From Octopus sinensis (Eukaryota), in assembly GCF_006345805.1 (NCBI RefSeq), contig NC_043009.1, positions 46,314,001 through 46,378,000 on the forward strand: 64,000 nt of DNA, read 5' to 3'. The position numbers were made by a program, and so were the translations under genes. The notes below the pieces were generated by a model. It was given only the letters and a program-made list of their open reading frames with translations. It made no database searches and was not told the DNA's origin. Positions 1-13,789 of this stretch are shown piece by piece. How positions within the stretch are numbered: the stretch's first letter is position 1; every line of letters starts with the position of its first letter.

Positions 1-360
1 TGCCACGCTGTAGGGCTTAACATAGAACTATGAGGTTACACACTTACACACAGATGTACACATACATACATACACACATGCATACATACATGCATGTGAT
101 TTGTGCTAATGTAAGAAATCCAATTCTGCTGGCAAGCTGTAAACCTACCACATTATATTTATAATAATAAAAACGAATGAAATTTGTAGAATAACGACAC
201 GTGTTTCGTACGTTATTATTATTATTTCTTTGCAATTTACTTAATCATTGACATTTTATTGTTATTTTAATTTTAATATTTCTATTATATGTAATTTTCT
301 AGATGGTGTAATTTAATTGTTCATTTTGAATAGATAAAAGGTCATTTTTTTTTCTAATTT

Positions 361-412
<52 letters not shown>

Positions 413-1545
413 CTGTTATACTGTTCTCTTTAAGTCACTTAAAGTTAATTATTTTATCACTTTCTCGGGTGTCAATATTCAGTTGTTGTGTTGAACTATT
501 GTTGATGTTGTTGGTAGTGATGATAATGGCCATGTTGCTGCTAATGAGGATGATGATGGTGATGGTGGGGCAGCTACTATTGATTGTAGTATTACTGATG
601 ATGACGACGGTGATAGTGGTGATGACGGTGTTGCTGCTGTTGACGATGACGGTAATAAGGGACGCGGAAGATGGGGGGTGGTTCATCGTCATTGTTGCTG
701 CCAAGAGGGAAACGTTTGTTGTTTCTCCTTTTTGTTTCAGATCAGCTCCGGTTGAATTGATCCATGATGAAAATCAATCTGGACATAAAAGCCACTTTTT
801 TTTAAAATTCACACAGAATATAAAACTATATTTCATTATTCAATGTTTCTTTACATCTTCAAGTCTGTAGATAGTAACTTGAAAGACGTTTGACTTCCAT
901 TTTTCGCAGGCTGAGTGGCAACACAGAGGTTCTTGATGTATCTATATTTCTGATTAAAGACACAGCACTGGACGTGGTGTAGACACGTAAAGCACCACAA
1001 TCCTTCACACTAACAACACGGTTTCCACTTAACTGAGCGCTTAGTCCTTTAGCAAAGGCTAAACGGTAAAAATGTAATATTAGATGTATTTTCCGGCATC
1101 GTGTTGATTAGGCAGGAAGCATTTCAATGAGCAAAATAAATTTACTACAAAGGTTACCTGTAAATGACCCAGACGCACGAACATATAGAAACACTTCCAA
1201 AAACATACATATTCATACAAATACTCAAACAAGCATATATATGTACACGTGACACATATATTTATGGCCCACGCGTGTAATTTTTAAAGCTACCACACCC
1301 TATCGTTAATATTTCAATTTGCAAAGTCAGTCTTACATATAAGAAGAGGTAGACATAATAGACAGACATATAAATATAAATAATTGTGTTCAACTGAGAA
1401 TGTGCATGGGTGTGAGAGAGTATGGGTGTGTGTGTGTGTGTGTGTAATCGTCTTTCAAATACACTAGCCGACACAGCTGCAATATGTATAAATCTATAAA
1501 TATATATGTATAAATATATATATATATATATGTATGTATATATGC

Positions 1546-1577
<32 letters not shown>

Positions 1578-2166
1578 TTTGAGAAAAGAAAATGCAAAAG
1601 TAGGTATATGAGTATAATTGACATATATTAGAATATAAAATGCTCCACTACTAATGCTATACATAAGTAGAGTGTAAATTGATCTCTATTCTCATTTTTA
1701 TTATAACTCCAGTAAATATACTACCTTTCTACCCCTTGTATGGTTTATACCATGTTCTTTATACACATATTTTATCATTTAACTGATTGGAGGCGCATAC
1801 TCAATATACAGGACTTGAATACATAATTGTATATCTTTAGCCAACTCTGACAATATTCGACTTTTAAATGGTTTTAATTTTGGTAATTAATTTCTAAAAC
1901 GTCTGGAATCGAAACAGCTGTCAGAGATGTTGTCTAACTTTTTAATTGATACATATTTTCTCATCTTTAAATATATATAAACCACGGTTTATCTAGTTAC
2001 CTTACAGTCGAATAATAATAGTAATAATCAACACTTTTTGAATAGGTAACTAACCAGTAATTTAAATGGATTTTAATATCCTTTAATGAGGTTTGTAACC
2101 TTTATTTGAACTTTTACATGTGTGTGTGAGTGTGTATGTGTGTGTGTGTGTATGCGTGTGTGTGTA

Positions 2167-2197
<31 letters not shown>

Positions 2198-2289
2198 AAG
2201 GTCAATGATCGGCCGGTACCAAAACAGCCATCCACCACCACTCATAGCAGTCCAACAAACACACTGGCAGCAAACAACATGAATCTACC

Positions 2290-2840
<551 letters not shown>

Positions 2841-2844
2841 ATAT

Positions 2845-3240
2845 TTTCAAATTTTGCCACTAAGGCAGCTATTTTGGGGGAGGAGATTACATCGACTCCA
2901 GTTTTTCACTGATATTTGCTTTATCGACCCCATAACGATGAAAGGCAAATTCGACCTCGTGGAATTTGAACTGAGAACGTAGCGACGTGAGAAATACCTA
3001 TTTTTTTGCTACCCAAAAGAGGCTACATACAGAGGGTACAAACAAGGACAGACAAACGGATTAACCCGATTACATTGACCCCAGTGCGTAACTGGTATCT
3101 AATTTATCGTTCCCAAAATGATGAAAGGCAAAGTCCACCTCGGCGGAATTTGAATTCAGAACGTAACGGCAGACGAAATACTGCTAAGTATTTCGCCCGG
3201 CGTGCTAACGATTCTGCCAGCTCCCAGCCCTTAATAATAA
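2845..3240 (-). mobile_element. Nested pair of tRNA-derived Nin/Deu-domain-like SINEs
   Basis: On the minus strand: head (ctggcagaatcgttagcacgcc, B-box-like gaattcaaattcc), Nin/Deu-like core (gccgaggtggactttgcctttcatc), tail ...gggtagcaaaaaaata, then a second body starting ggtatttc. Confidence 0.85.
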
Positions 3241-3369
3241 TAATACTAACAAGAGCACTCAGAGAGCGCAAACCTTCCCCAAAGCAGCACCAACGTCCTC
3301 GCAATGATTAGATAGAGGTGAGTTTTAAAATGGGAATATCTGAAATAAACTGGACTGCTCTCACAAACG

Positions 3370-3632
3370 AGAATACTAAAAATGAACCCGACCGTTCTCA
3401 ACAATTAAGTAAAAAAAACAAAAAAAAACAGGAAAAGTAATCCAGAATGCTTGTCTGGTACCGGACTGATTCCCGAATGTCGTCAGTTTGTGCCAATTAC
3501 GAAGCCAAACATCCCTGAAAGTTTCGTTGGAATCCATCCAGCAGTTCTTGAGATATTTTGTCCACGGACAAACAAACAAACAAACAAACACAACTGAAAA
3601 GACAATCCCCTCTTTAGCTAAGGCAGGGTATT
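3370..3632 (+). mobile_element. Helentron/HINE-like non-autonomous repeat (3' part)
   Basis: gagatattttgtccacggac(aaac)n followed by a short terminal hairpin-like segment, the usual layout of HINE/DINE-1-like ends. Confidence 0.5.
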
Positions 3633-3968
3633 TATGATACTGCACTAAAGACTTGAAAATCTAATATCGTGAAATTTATCTTACATTACAGAGATCACCA
3701 GATTAATTATTTAAAATGACTAGAATTTTTATTTCTTGAATCTTTATTTGTTAAATAATTAGTAGAATAATTATGACATTGATAAATTACTTAGCATTAT
3801 TACTTCCTAATTTACTAGTAATGCAATTATACTGTAAACGACAACTGTCTTTTATTACAATGTCACTAGCTGACCACGTGCCGTCAATACTGACGGCTAA
3901 TTGTAGTACTTTATATATAAATAAAGTATATAATAATCACATATACAAACATTCAAATACTTCCCTTG

Positions 3969-4013
<45 letters not shown>

Positions 4014-4271
4014 ACATATACTCGTACTAAGTTGAAACGCTGATTTTTTTCACCCCTTTCTTCTTTATTCATCTATCACCCCCTCCTTTCTCTCATTACT
4101 ATTACTTTCTCTCATTCCCTCTCAGTCAGGGCTATTACTCTCACTAATTCTCCTTCACTGAATTACTATTTTCTCTACTCCTCCGCGTCTGGCGTGATTC
4201 TGGACAACTATATATACACACACAGACATACATACATACATACATATATACATACATACATACATACATAC

Positions 4272-4326
<55 letters not shown>

Positions 4327-4708
4327 AATATGTAAAAACGCTACGCTCATTCTTATATAAGGAGATTAATGTTCATTATTAAGCATTAGACTTGAAATGG
4401 AAGCTAGTTTCACTCTTAGACATTGCTTATGGTAAGGCACGTTCACTAACGTTTCTCCATCTAATTATTTATTATTATTGAATATAATTGATTGTAATAC
4501 TACATGCTGTTGTGTAAATATATAATCATTTGAATCTGCTTCTGCGTACGGTCATTATAAAATGCCACTAGCAGTATCTATGTCCTCCTGTGCATTACGA
4601 TGTTTTTCGGTTATCCATTTTCGGTCATAAATCCAGAAGTGAGAACAGATTTTTTAAGGAAGCCATTTTGAGGCACATGACATTTTAGAATATTCCTAAT
4701 ATTCACAA

Positions 4709-5032
4709 GTGAGGGCGCGTGGCTTAGTGGTTAGGGCATTCGGCTCATGATCGTAAGGTTGTGAGTACGATTCCCGGCGACGCGTTGTGTCCTTGAGCAA
4801 GACACTTTATTTCACGTTGCTCCAGTCCACTCAGCTGGCAAAAATGAGTTGTACTTGTATTTCAAAGGGTCAGCCTTGTCACTCTCTGTGTCACGCTGAT
4901 TATCCCCGAGAACTACGTTAAGGGTACACGTGTCTGTGGAATGCTCAGCCATTTGCACGTTAATTTCACGAGCAAGCTGTTCCGTTGATCGTATCAGCTG
5001 GGACCCTCGTCGTCGTAACCGGCGGAGTCTTT
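4709..5032 (+). mobile_element. Full-length tRNA-derived SINE (family 2) with 12-bp TSD
   Basis: A-box-like ggcttagtggttag, tRNA-like head, core gtgtccttgagcaagacactt. TSD taatattcacaa at 4697-4708 and 5033-5044. Confidence 0.9.
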
Positions 5033-5258
5033 TAATATTCACAATATACGAAAAGTGTTCTTTTCAACGATGAAAGAAAATCATGGTTTCTTTAGCTAAA
5101 TCAAATTTATGAAATCAAATAACTAGACTAAACAACCTGTTGAGCATTATATTGACAGCCTGGAAGTCATTCTGTAAATTGGGAACCGAATTGAACAATA
5201 TCAAGTGCCATGACTAAAATTTCGTTCTTTAGAAATTGCTTGAAGCCCGCTTCTAATA

Positions 5259-5343
<85 letters not shown>

Positions 5344-5489
5344 GTCTGTCTATCTGTCAGTCTTTCTGTCTGTCTGTATGTATGTATGTATGCATGCATG
5401 TATGTATATGTATATGTATGTATGTATGTATGTCTATCTGTTCATATATATATATATATATATTATACAGGTAATTAGGGTAAGCCCCA

Positions 5490-5598
5490 GTTGTTTCCTC
5501 TTGAAGCGTTGTAGAAGACACTTGCCCAAGGTGCCACGTAGTGGGACTCAACCCTGAACCATGTGGTTAGTAAGCAAGCTACTTACCACAAAGCCACT
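5490..5598 (-). mobile_element. CORE-type tRNA SINE head fragment
   Basis: Reverse complement reads ggagtggctttgtggtaagtagcttgc...gggttgagtcccactacgtggcaccttgggcaagtgtcttc (tRNA head plus CORE domain). Confidence 0.8.
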
Positions 5599-6672
5599 CC
5601 AACGCCTTTTTGATTTTGCATGTCTGACGCACGATGCAGGTTTTCAAACTGCTGATATTCGAGTGTGGTAAAACATTGGTCCTTGCTTGAATTACGACCC
5701 ATAGAACGTAATAAAGAGGTTTGAGATCTGGGCTATTCCTGGACCAGACGTTGGCCCTTAGAAAAAATAGCACCTTCTCACCAAGGAAGGCCTGTGTTGC
5801 TTTTGACCGATGGCATGATGCAGAATTCTGGATAAGCACCACATTGTCAAGCCCAAACTTCTGCTCAATCCAAGGTAACAGAAAGTTCTGCAGGATGGAT
5901 GTCCAAATACTTCTTTGTGCCAATCTTCAAGCCAAACTCAATGAAGTGTGTGTCCATGACACTTCTATCACTTACCACGGCTCCAAATACCATCACAGAG
6001 GCAGGAGTCTTTGTCTCAAACAACGGAGAAGTCAGAAGGTTTGTATGCAATCACTCGAGAATTTCTGCGATTCAGCTCAGCATCCACAGTGAACTTCTTC
6101 TCATACACAAACACGGATGTTTTTCCTGCAACTTAATGTTTGATGAATGACAGAAACTTTGGGCACCTCTCGGCTCTGACTGCTTTGGTCTTGGCTGTTA
6201 GGAAGCGACAGCGTCGTCGAACATAGCTAGTGATGCCAAGGTTCCTGTTCACAGCCCTGGACTACCGTGGAAAGGATACATTACTTTTCTTTCCAAGAGT
6301 TGTCATGGATGTAGATGGGGTTGACTTCAATCGAGCGTTTGTGGCCAGCGAGAATCTTTGGATTGCATTTGTAATCACTTCTAGTCTTGTGTTGTTTTCT
6401 ATTAATCATAACCTCTTCTTTAAATTGTTTCCACACACGATAATATGCTGCTTCTGGAAGTTTCATCAGCTTAACAATTTTTTTGTTTACAATGGTGAAA
6501 CGATTCTGTTGTTCCATGACTTTCTGTTGTCGAATCAGTTTGCTATTTACCCGAAAAATAAATACGATGATTAGATTTTCAAGCAAACAAGGTTTTGTCA
6601 AAAAAAAAATGATATGTTAAACCCACTTATTCAATTGCTTAAAATTGGTCTCAGTTTATCTGCAACACACTG
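5599..6672 (-). mobile_element. Decayed maT (DD37D-type) mariner-like DNA transposon
   Basis: Frames give FVYEKKFTVDAELNRRNSR, KTPASVMVFGAVVSD, QNSASCH and NSPDLKPLYY. There are 37 residues between the second and third catalytic positions and all three Asp are substituted. A terminus CAGTGTGTTGCAGATAAA lies at 6672. Confidence 0.85.
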
Positions 6673-7239
6673 AAGAGCTGGTTGTTTAAATGTTTGATAG
6701 TGGTTTTGTCTTCTTTGTCGGGTGTTTCACTAGGCGCTTCAACAATTTTAATGATGGTGTTCAACATATCCAAGTGCAGTTTACTTGTGCATAAGAACAG
6801 GCTAGCACATCATCTCCCGTTCTATTTGATCTGCTCTTCAAAGCTACGGCAATAAGATTATTGGTGAGTCCTTTTTTGTAATGATCCACACCCGTAGAAA
6901 TAATTGCATCTCGGCACTTTTCCAATTTCTTGATATCTTGACTGTATCACGTATCTCTCTCGTGGAAAGTGTCTTTGCGTGCATTTGGTTTGTGAATGCA
7001 GAAAGGAGTGAGTAAAATGATAATGGGATATGATTGAAGAGAAGTGTAATACCAAGAGAGGCGAGCAAACGAGGAAGAGAGAACAAGCGGAGGGGAGAGA
7101 GAAGAAAAAATGGAGGACGAAAGTAGAGTGAGAGGAGGTGAATAGTAGAAAGCTAGTGGGTATCCTATGGCGATAGAAGCGTGCGACGTATGCAGACTTT
7201 ATCGGTTGGAAGTATACAGTTACAAATCTGCACATAAGG

Positions 7240-10200
7240 CGGCAGGGTTCTTATTTTAACATCGCTAACATGTTTTCATGGACAGGAACTGTTTTCGGTG
7301 GAGAATCCTGTGTCTGAGCAGCTCTTTTAAGGAGAACTCTGCTCACCTGGATCTATTGAGAAGGTGCTAGAAAAGTCGCACTAAAAGTTGTCTGTCGTCT
7401 CTCTGCTGGTTAGTTTACTGCGGCTAACGGTGGTTCAATTTAGCAGGAATGAGCAAAGAATTGATATACACAATGATAAAAAGTATGCAAGGATTAAGGT
7501 TGCTCTTAACCTGACCTGTTGGAATGTGGGAACTCTTTTAGATCGAGCAAATAGGCCTGAAAGAAGAACAGCTCTAGTAACTAAGGAGCTAAGGCGTTTT
7601 AATGTTGATATTGCAGCTCTTTCTGAAACAAGATTTTCAGATGAAGACAATATTGTCGAAAGAGCGGCAGCTTTCACATTATTATGGGTTGGGAAGCCGA
7701 AGGGAGAAAAAGGGAAAGTGGTGTTGGGTTTGCAATTAGAAGTGATTTGCTAAAAGACCTAGAAGAACCACAAAACGTAAATACACGCATAATGAAACAC
7801 CGGATCTCTCTTTCTTGTGGACGTTTTGTAAATTTTTTCTCTATGCTCCTACACTTTCAACAAGTGAGGAAAATATCCATGCATTTTATGAGGAGCTTAG
7901 AAGTATTCTATCAGTCCCTTTGAACGAGAAGTTGGTTGTGCTTGGTGACTTTAAAGCTCATGTTGGTAGAAACTATGGTGCTTGGAATGCACTCGGGCGT
8001 TATGGAATAGGAAAGGTGAACAACAATAGGCTGCATCTGCTACAAGTGTGCTCTGAGCTAAGGTTGATTGTTGGGAATACTTTCTTCTATCATAAGATGA
8101 AACATAAGTTACCTGTATACACCCAAAATCAAAGCAAGGTCACATGATTGACTTTGTATTAACTCGGAAAGCATAGTATTGCGAGGTGCTGATTGTGATA
8201 CTGATCACAAAATGGTTAGGACGAAGTTCATGTTCAGGGTCCGTAAGAAGATTCATTGTGCAGGGGTACGAGTATCAAAGAAAATTGATGTAGAGCAGCT
8301 AAAACAACCGCAAGGTTTGCAGTTGTTTCGGAAGAGATGCAGCAATGAAGATTCAGAGGTGTTAGGTTTTAAGAGGAGACAACACCGAGATTGGTTTGAT
8401 TCCAATGGTACAGTGATAAATGAGCATTTAGCAACAAATAGGTCCACTCATGAAAAGATTCCTGACCCAAACGTTAAGAACAAAGTGCAAATAAAAAAAA
8501 GTTCTACAAGTCTCAGAAAGCAGACTTACAAAAAGAACTCAGGAGGTGTAGAGACACTTGGAGAAATTTGTCTGGCGACGTACAGACAGCCTATGACAGG
8601 AAAGGCAATAAAAGTTTCTATAGTTTATTGTGGCAAGCTTTTGGACCGCAATCTTCATCATCATATGTTCCCTTGAAGTCGAAATATGGAAATGAGTTTA
8701 TTAAAATCCTCCTGGGATAATGAATAGATGGAGAGAACACTTTGCAGATCTTTTCCACAATCTGTATATAGTGAACATGGATATCATAAACAACATTCCG
8801 CAAAGAGAGATAGTGCAATAGATGGATGATATACCTTCCACTGAAGAAGTAAATCTGACATTATGTAAACTGAGATCAGGTAAAGCTCCTGGATTGGATG
8901 GTAGTCCAGTTGAAATTCTGAAAGCAGGTGGTGATTATATTTCATCTGAAATTCAAAACCTGATAACTCGATTTTGGAATGAGTTTTATGTGCCACAAAA
9001 ATGGGTAAATGGCATTCTAATCTCTGTATACAAGGGTAAGGGCCCGAAAGCAGTGTGTGGTAATTCTAGAGGGATAATTCTTTTGGCACATACCGGGAAG
9101 ACACTTTCAAGGATTATGTTAGATAGTCTTGTTGAGAATATATGTCCACATGTGATTCCTGAAGAAGAGTGATTTCAGACCTGAGCGAGGAACAATGGAC
9201 ATAATATTTTCTGTGAGGCAGGTTCAAGAGAAATACTTAGAGGAACAGATGTCACTATACCAGGTCTTCATAGATTTAACTAAGTTATTTCACACGGTAA
9301 ACAGGGAGGCACTATAGACAGTTTTGTGAGCATTTTTAAGGAACCACACAGAACCATGAAAGTTCAGGTACATTTCGGACTCACAATTAGTTTGGAGAAA
9401 ACCAAAGTGATGTTTACTCCCGTGCCAGGACAAACATCTTGAACCAAACATTTTTGTGAATGGAACAAGGTTAGAAATCGTTGAAACCTTTGTTTAACTA
9501 GGAAGCACACTGTCAAGAGATGGTAGTCTTGATGCAGAGATATACTATTGAATAAGGAAGAGAAGTATTGCATTTGGAAAGCTCGAAAAGCGAATAGGGG
9601 CGGATAGAGGTATTTCCCTGCAGACAAAAATAAGTGTGTATAAAGCGTATGTATTGTCTGCACTTCTTTATTCAAGTGAGACATGGACCACTTACAAGCG
9701 TCACATAAAAATTCTGGAGAGATTTCATCAAAAGTGCCTCAGACGTATCTTAGGAGTCAAGTGGGACTGTTTCATACGAGATACAGAGTTTTTGCGCATG
9801 GCATGTTGCAGCTCAATTGAACATGTTATCTTGGCTCAAAATAAATGGATTGGACATGTTATTAGAATGAAAGACGAGCGTTTGCCAAAGCGTCTTTTTT
9901 ATGGTGAGCTCAACTCTGGTAAGCGACCACAACATAATCTGAGGAAAAGGTACAAAGACTGTGTGAAGGGAAACCTGAAGAAACTAGATATGAACAAAAG
10001 TGACTGGGAAACTTGATGTTCTGGATCGGAATAAGTGGAGAGGTGCTGTTAGGACTGGTTGCAATGCCTGGGAGGAAAAGATGATTCAGCACTCTGAACT
10101 TTAAAATACCTGTCGTAAAGAAACAATTAGAACTGTAATCAGCAGTGAACATTAGGTATGTATTATATGTGATCGTGTTCTGTTCTCAAAAGCAGGATAC

Positions 10201-10550
10201 GTGAAACACATGAAGTCACATGAAAATCGTAATGCCCAGATAGCTAATGATCTTGGACACCAAATACCTCTTACGACTTATGTCATATGTCAAAAACTTG
10301 TAAGACAATTATCTGGACTTAAAAGACACATGCTAGTTCACAAAAACATTATTTCAAAATCAGATTCCATAGAGAAAATACATAGAAGAAACTTGAATAA
10401 TATCTGTCACTTGTGTTTTAAACCCTGTCAGCAGCTGGTCATATAAGTCATCTAAGGGCTCATCAACAGAGTGACTGTACTGTGTGATGGGGTGTGGTGT
10501 GTGTGTTGATGGGACGGCTATCATCCCTCAAGATGAAGTAATCATCATCA
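7240..10550 (+). mobile_element. Near full-length decayed RTE-clade LINE (APE, RT with internal deletion, C-terminal C2H2 fingers)
   Basis: WNVGTLLDRANRPERRTALVTKELRRFNVDIAALSETR (APE); KLRSGKAPGLDG and NSRGIILL (RT start); LLYSSETWTTYKRH and RLPKRLFYGEL; 3' end gatgggacggc...atcatcatca. The QG/YADD region is missing near 9330-9370. Confidence 0.93.
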
Positions 10551-10579
10551 TATATGTGTATATATATATATATATATAT

Positions 10580-11145
10580 AGAAAATAGTAAAAAGTGAAA
10601 AAACTACAGAAGGCTTGTTTTAAAAGGTTAAAAAATATATATTTGAGTCAATATGTCTGAAGAATATTATAAATTTTTTTCTTACAATGACATAGTTTAG
10701 AAAAAATGACCGGTTTCGCGTTCAGCTTTTCAAATTTCTTACATCGTTATGTTTATGTTGAGAAGAGTTATCGTTATGTTTATGTTGAGAAGAGTTCTAG
10801 ATAAGGGGAGGTAATAAGTGATTTCTTCCGGTGTAAGGGAGATAATCGCTTAACATTTTTTGCCTTTCCTTTGGGGTGAATTTCTCTGTATAAGTATGTT
10901 GGAATGGTTAAGTCTGGGCTTGTACTTTTCAATGAAGAATGTTTCTAATTTGTGTTGGTGTTCCGATAGCACATTGGTAAAATGGAAAGATTAAAAATTG
11001 TGGTAGTAGTTGCTTTGCGCATTTCTCAATGTGCTCACTAAAAGGTATCATTCTGTATTCTGGGAATGCAATCTGTTGTCGATGCAGTGTGCATCTACGT
11101 CTGAGTGATAGTCCCGTGGATCCCACGTAGTCTTGGTGGCAGCCC
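10580..11145 (-). mobile_element. Penelope-like element 3' fragment (GIY-YIG endonuclease C-terminal part and 3' UTR)
   Basis: CSGCHQDYVGSTGLSLRRRCTLHRQQI...IFPFYQC...FFIEKYKPRLN matches the CxxC-YIG half of PLE endonucleases. Both flanks are (TA)n. Confidence 0.8.
10704..10737 (-). ncRNA. Minimal type-I hammerhead ribozyme motif, U3-A8 core variant
   Basis: Minus strand: AAAT|TTGAAAA|GC-TGAAC-GC|GAAA|CCGG|TC|ATTT. Confidence 0.55.
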
Positions 11146-11157
11146 GAGCATTTTATA

Positions 11158-11193
<36 letters not shown>

Positions 11194-13789
11194 TGTATGT
11201 ATGTGTGTATGTATGTATGTATGAATTTATATATATGTTTGTATGTATGTAATGGGAGTGCTTCGTGAGTATATAAACACCAGTATGGAAAGTGATAGAA
11301 AGGTATGTTCGAACAAGAAAAAAAACATCCCGTTCTGTAATTATTCTGCTCTATTCACATAGATACCCTCTATTGCACTTGCTATTAGACATGCAATGAA
11401 ATATCTGACCACCCTGTTGGAAAACTGTAATCAATAGATGTTTTGATTATAAGATGTTTGATATAAAAATATTCAGAAAGCTTAATAGTTAATGTACAAT
11501 AGAAACAACAATTATTTGTATTCTGTAAGAGATTTGGTGACATGAAAGTACGCAAATAGCTGCACCCGGTAATAGGAGTGTCGCAGACTCAGATCTCCGA
11601 GATTATAGCTTGGATTCTAGCAGACAGGAGAGAAAACAACTTAATACATACATAGAACTATCTGCACATACACGTACGTACGTACGTACACACAAACGCA
11701 CATACACTTACACACAAACACATATGTGTTTGTACGTATTTCTATTTATGCTTGAAGATTAATGTGTGTAGGATTGTGTGTATATTGGTGTGAGAGAAAT
11801 AAAGCAGAAAAAGAATGACAGAGAAAGAGAGAGAGAGTGGTGGGAGAGAGAACGAAAAAGAGGGAGAGTGAGAGCAGGAGGAAGAGAATGATATTGAAGG
11901 TGAGTGAACGGGTAGATTTTGAGTATTTTTAGACATGATTGTTTATAAATAGCTTTTCTATAATCTGCATGACACTGAGTTGAATAAATTTTGAATAATC
12001 GATAACCACCCCCAAATTACTAATGATATCTAATATGAAGGTACTGGTTATAAATAAACTAACGTTTATATTCGTAACAAACCAATATAGATACTACAGA
12101 TATTATAATGGAAACTCAATTCTTGCATTCTTATTTGATGGGGTTAGTAGCGAGCAAGTTTGTTTTGTGTTAAAGTTGAATGATTTCGCTCTTCCCATAA
12201 TTCATGAAGAATTCTATGAAGAATCACTTTCTCGAACCTATGTGATTATGGCATTCTAGCTACAATGATTGTATTACGAGATTCCTATGATTAGATTTCG
12301 AGATTTAAAAACAGGAGATTCCTATTTCAAATATGGTTAAGAGTTTGTTATGAAAAAGTTCCTTACTCCACGAAGAACATTGTTGCTTTTGCTGGTGTTT
12401 ACCCCTAAATCGACCCCGAATGAGCAGATCTATAATCAAAGATAATCCAGGCCTGACCATATTATCTTGTGGTCAGAGGAGAGGGAGAGGGGGGAGACAG
12501 ACAGAAAGAAAGAGAGAGAGAGAGAGAGTATATCTAGGACTAGGTAATCCAGTATGTCCACTGGGATGGATTGGTGGAAATGTTAGAGAGTCAGACGAAA
12601 TGCTTTGAGTTTGACCCTGCTGTATAAATTCTGAGATGAAATCATGCGAGATCAACTTTACTTTCATTTTACCAGGGTTGATGAAGTAAAACATTAGACT
12701 AAAACTGGGGTCGTTGCGGTTTTATTTGAAATGATTTATTTATTTTCCGCATTATTTCTTTCTCCTGATGCTTTGGTGTGGTTTGTAGGAGATTTGGATG
12801 TTAGTTACAATAAGTCGAGCCACTGTGTTGATGTTCTCTGTAGGGTATATGTAAACGTAGTATCACTAACGTGAGGCATTCAAGCTATTTTGGTAGTCGT
12901 TTTGATTAAGCATAAATGCATAGAATTGGAGACATGCATCCCATTATTTAAGCTTCAATAGAATCAAATTAATTCAACGTAATAATCATAGTCTCAGAGA
13001 ACTCTTTTTGTTGCTTTTGTTCTGCCTTACGTCAGATCTTTTTAGCCATGGTCATTATGCCTATTGTTTCACTGTGTCGATTCAGGACTAATTTTTGTTT
13101 CTGATATTGTTTATACAAATGTACATAATTTGCCCATAAAGCTATCAAAGACAGAGTCATGAAAGTCTTTGTCTCATGTTTAAAACATACGTACTGTACA
13201 TATTTTTTAAGTCCGCGGTTTTCCTCTTTCATTTGTTATATTGACTTCTTAGGTAGGAAACCAGAGAAGTAAACAAGTTCAAAAAGGGAAATTCACAGAG
13301 CTTATAAATAATTCATTAGAAATTCAAAGCGCCCATAAATAATTCACTAGAAGCTTTCCCGGATTAAAGAATAAGCTCACTTTTAGCAACGCATCGGAAA
13401 TGATTTATCGTTTATGAATAAAATGTCATATAACAAGGTCGAACTTCCCTTTTTCTACAACCCTTCTTTGTGAACATCTACTTGCTGCATCCCACAAATA
13501 CGCAAATGTGTACGTCCATTCATCCAAATAGGTTCGTTCATTCATGCAAAAAGGTACGTTCAATGATACAAATGGATGCATCCATTTTCAAATATCTGTC
13601 TATGTAGGCACATTTTTGAATAACTTAATTAATTGAGATTAAAAAAATCCACTGTCTTTCTTTGATTGAAGCTTTGATAAAAACAATCATGGCTAATGTA
13701 AAACTTCATTAAGGTAACTAAATCTAAATGATTACCCTAATGGTAAAAGCGTTAATATATTTTATTAGACAAATTTGAACCCATTATTG

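Noticed and set aside
190-215. Hammerhead half-motif GAAA-CACGTG-TC on the minus strand
   Set aside because: No CUGANGA-like core or stem II upstream.
435-870. Overlapping low-complexity ORFs and a strong acceptor at 740
   Set aside because: Degenerate GAT/GTT trinucleotide tract. The acceptor has no matching donor or recognisable peptide.
4709-4790. tRNA genes (also at 33510, 43920 and 62775)
   Set aside because: The tRNA-like heads run into SINE cores, lack a paired acceptor stem and have TSDs, so they are SINEs.
6673-7235. Protein-like minus-strand frames next to the maT element
   Set aside because: They need a stop read-through and a frameshift and show no recognisable motif; left unclassified.
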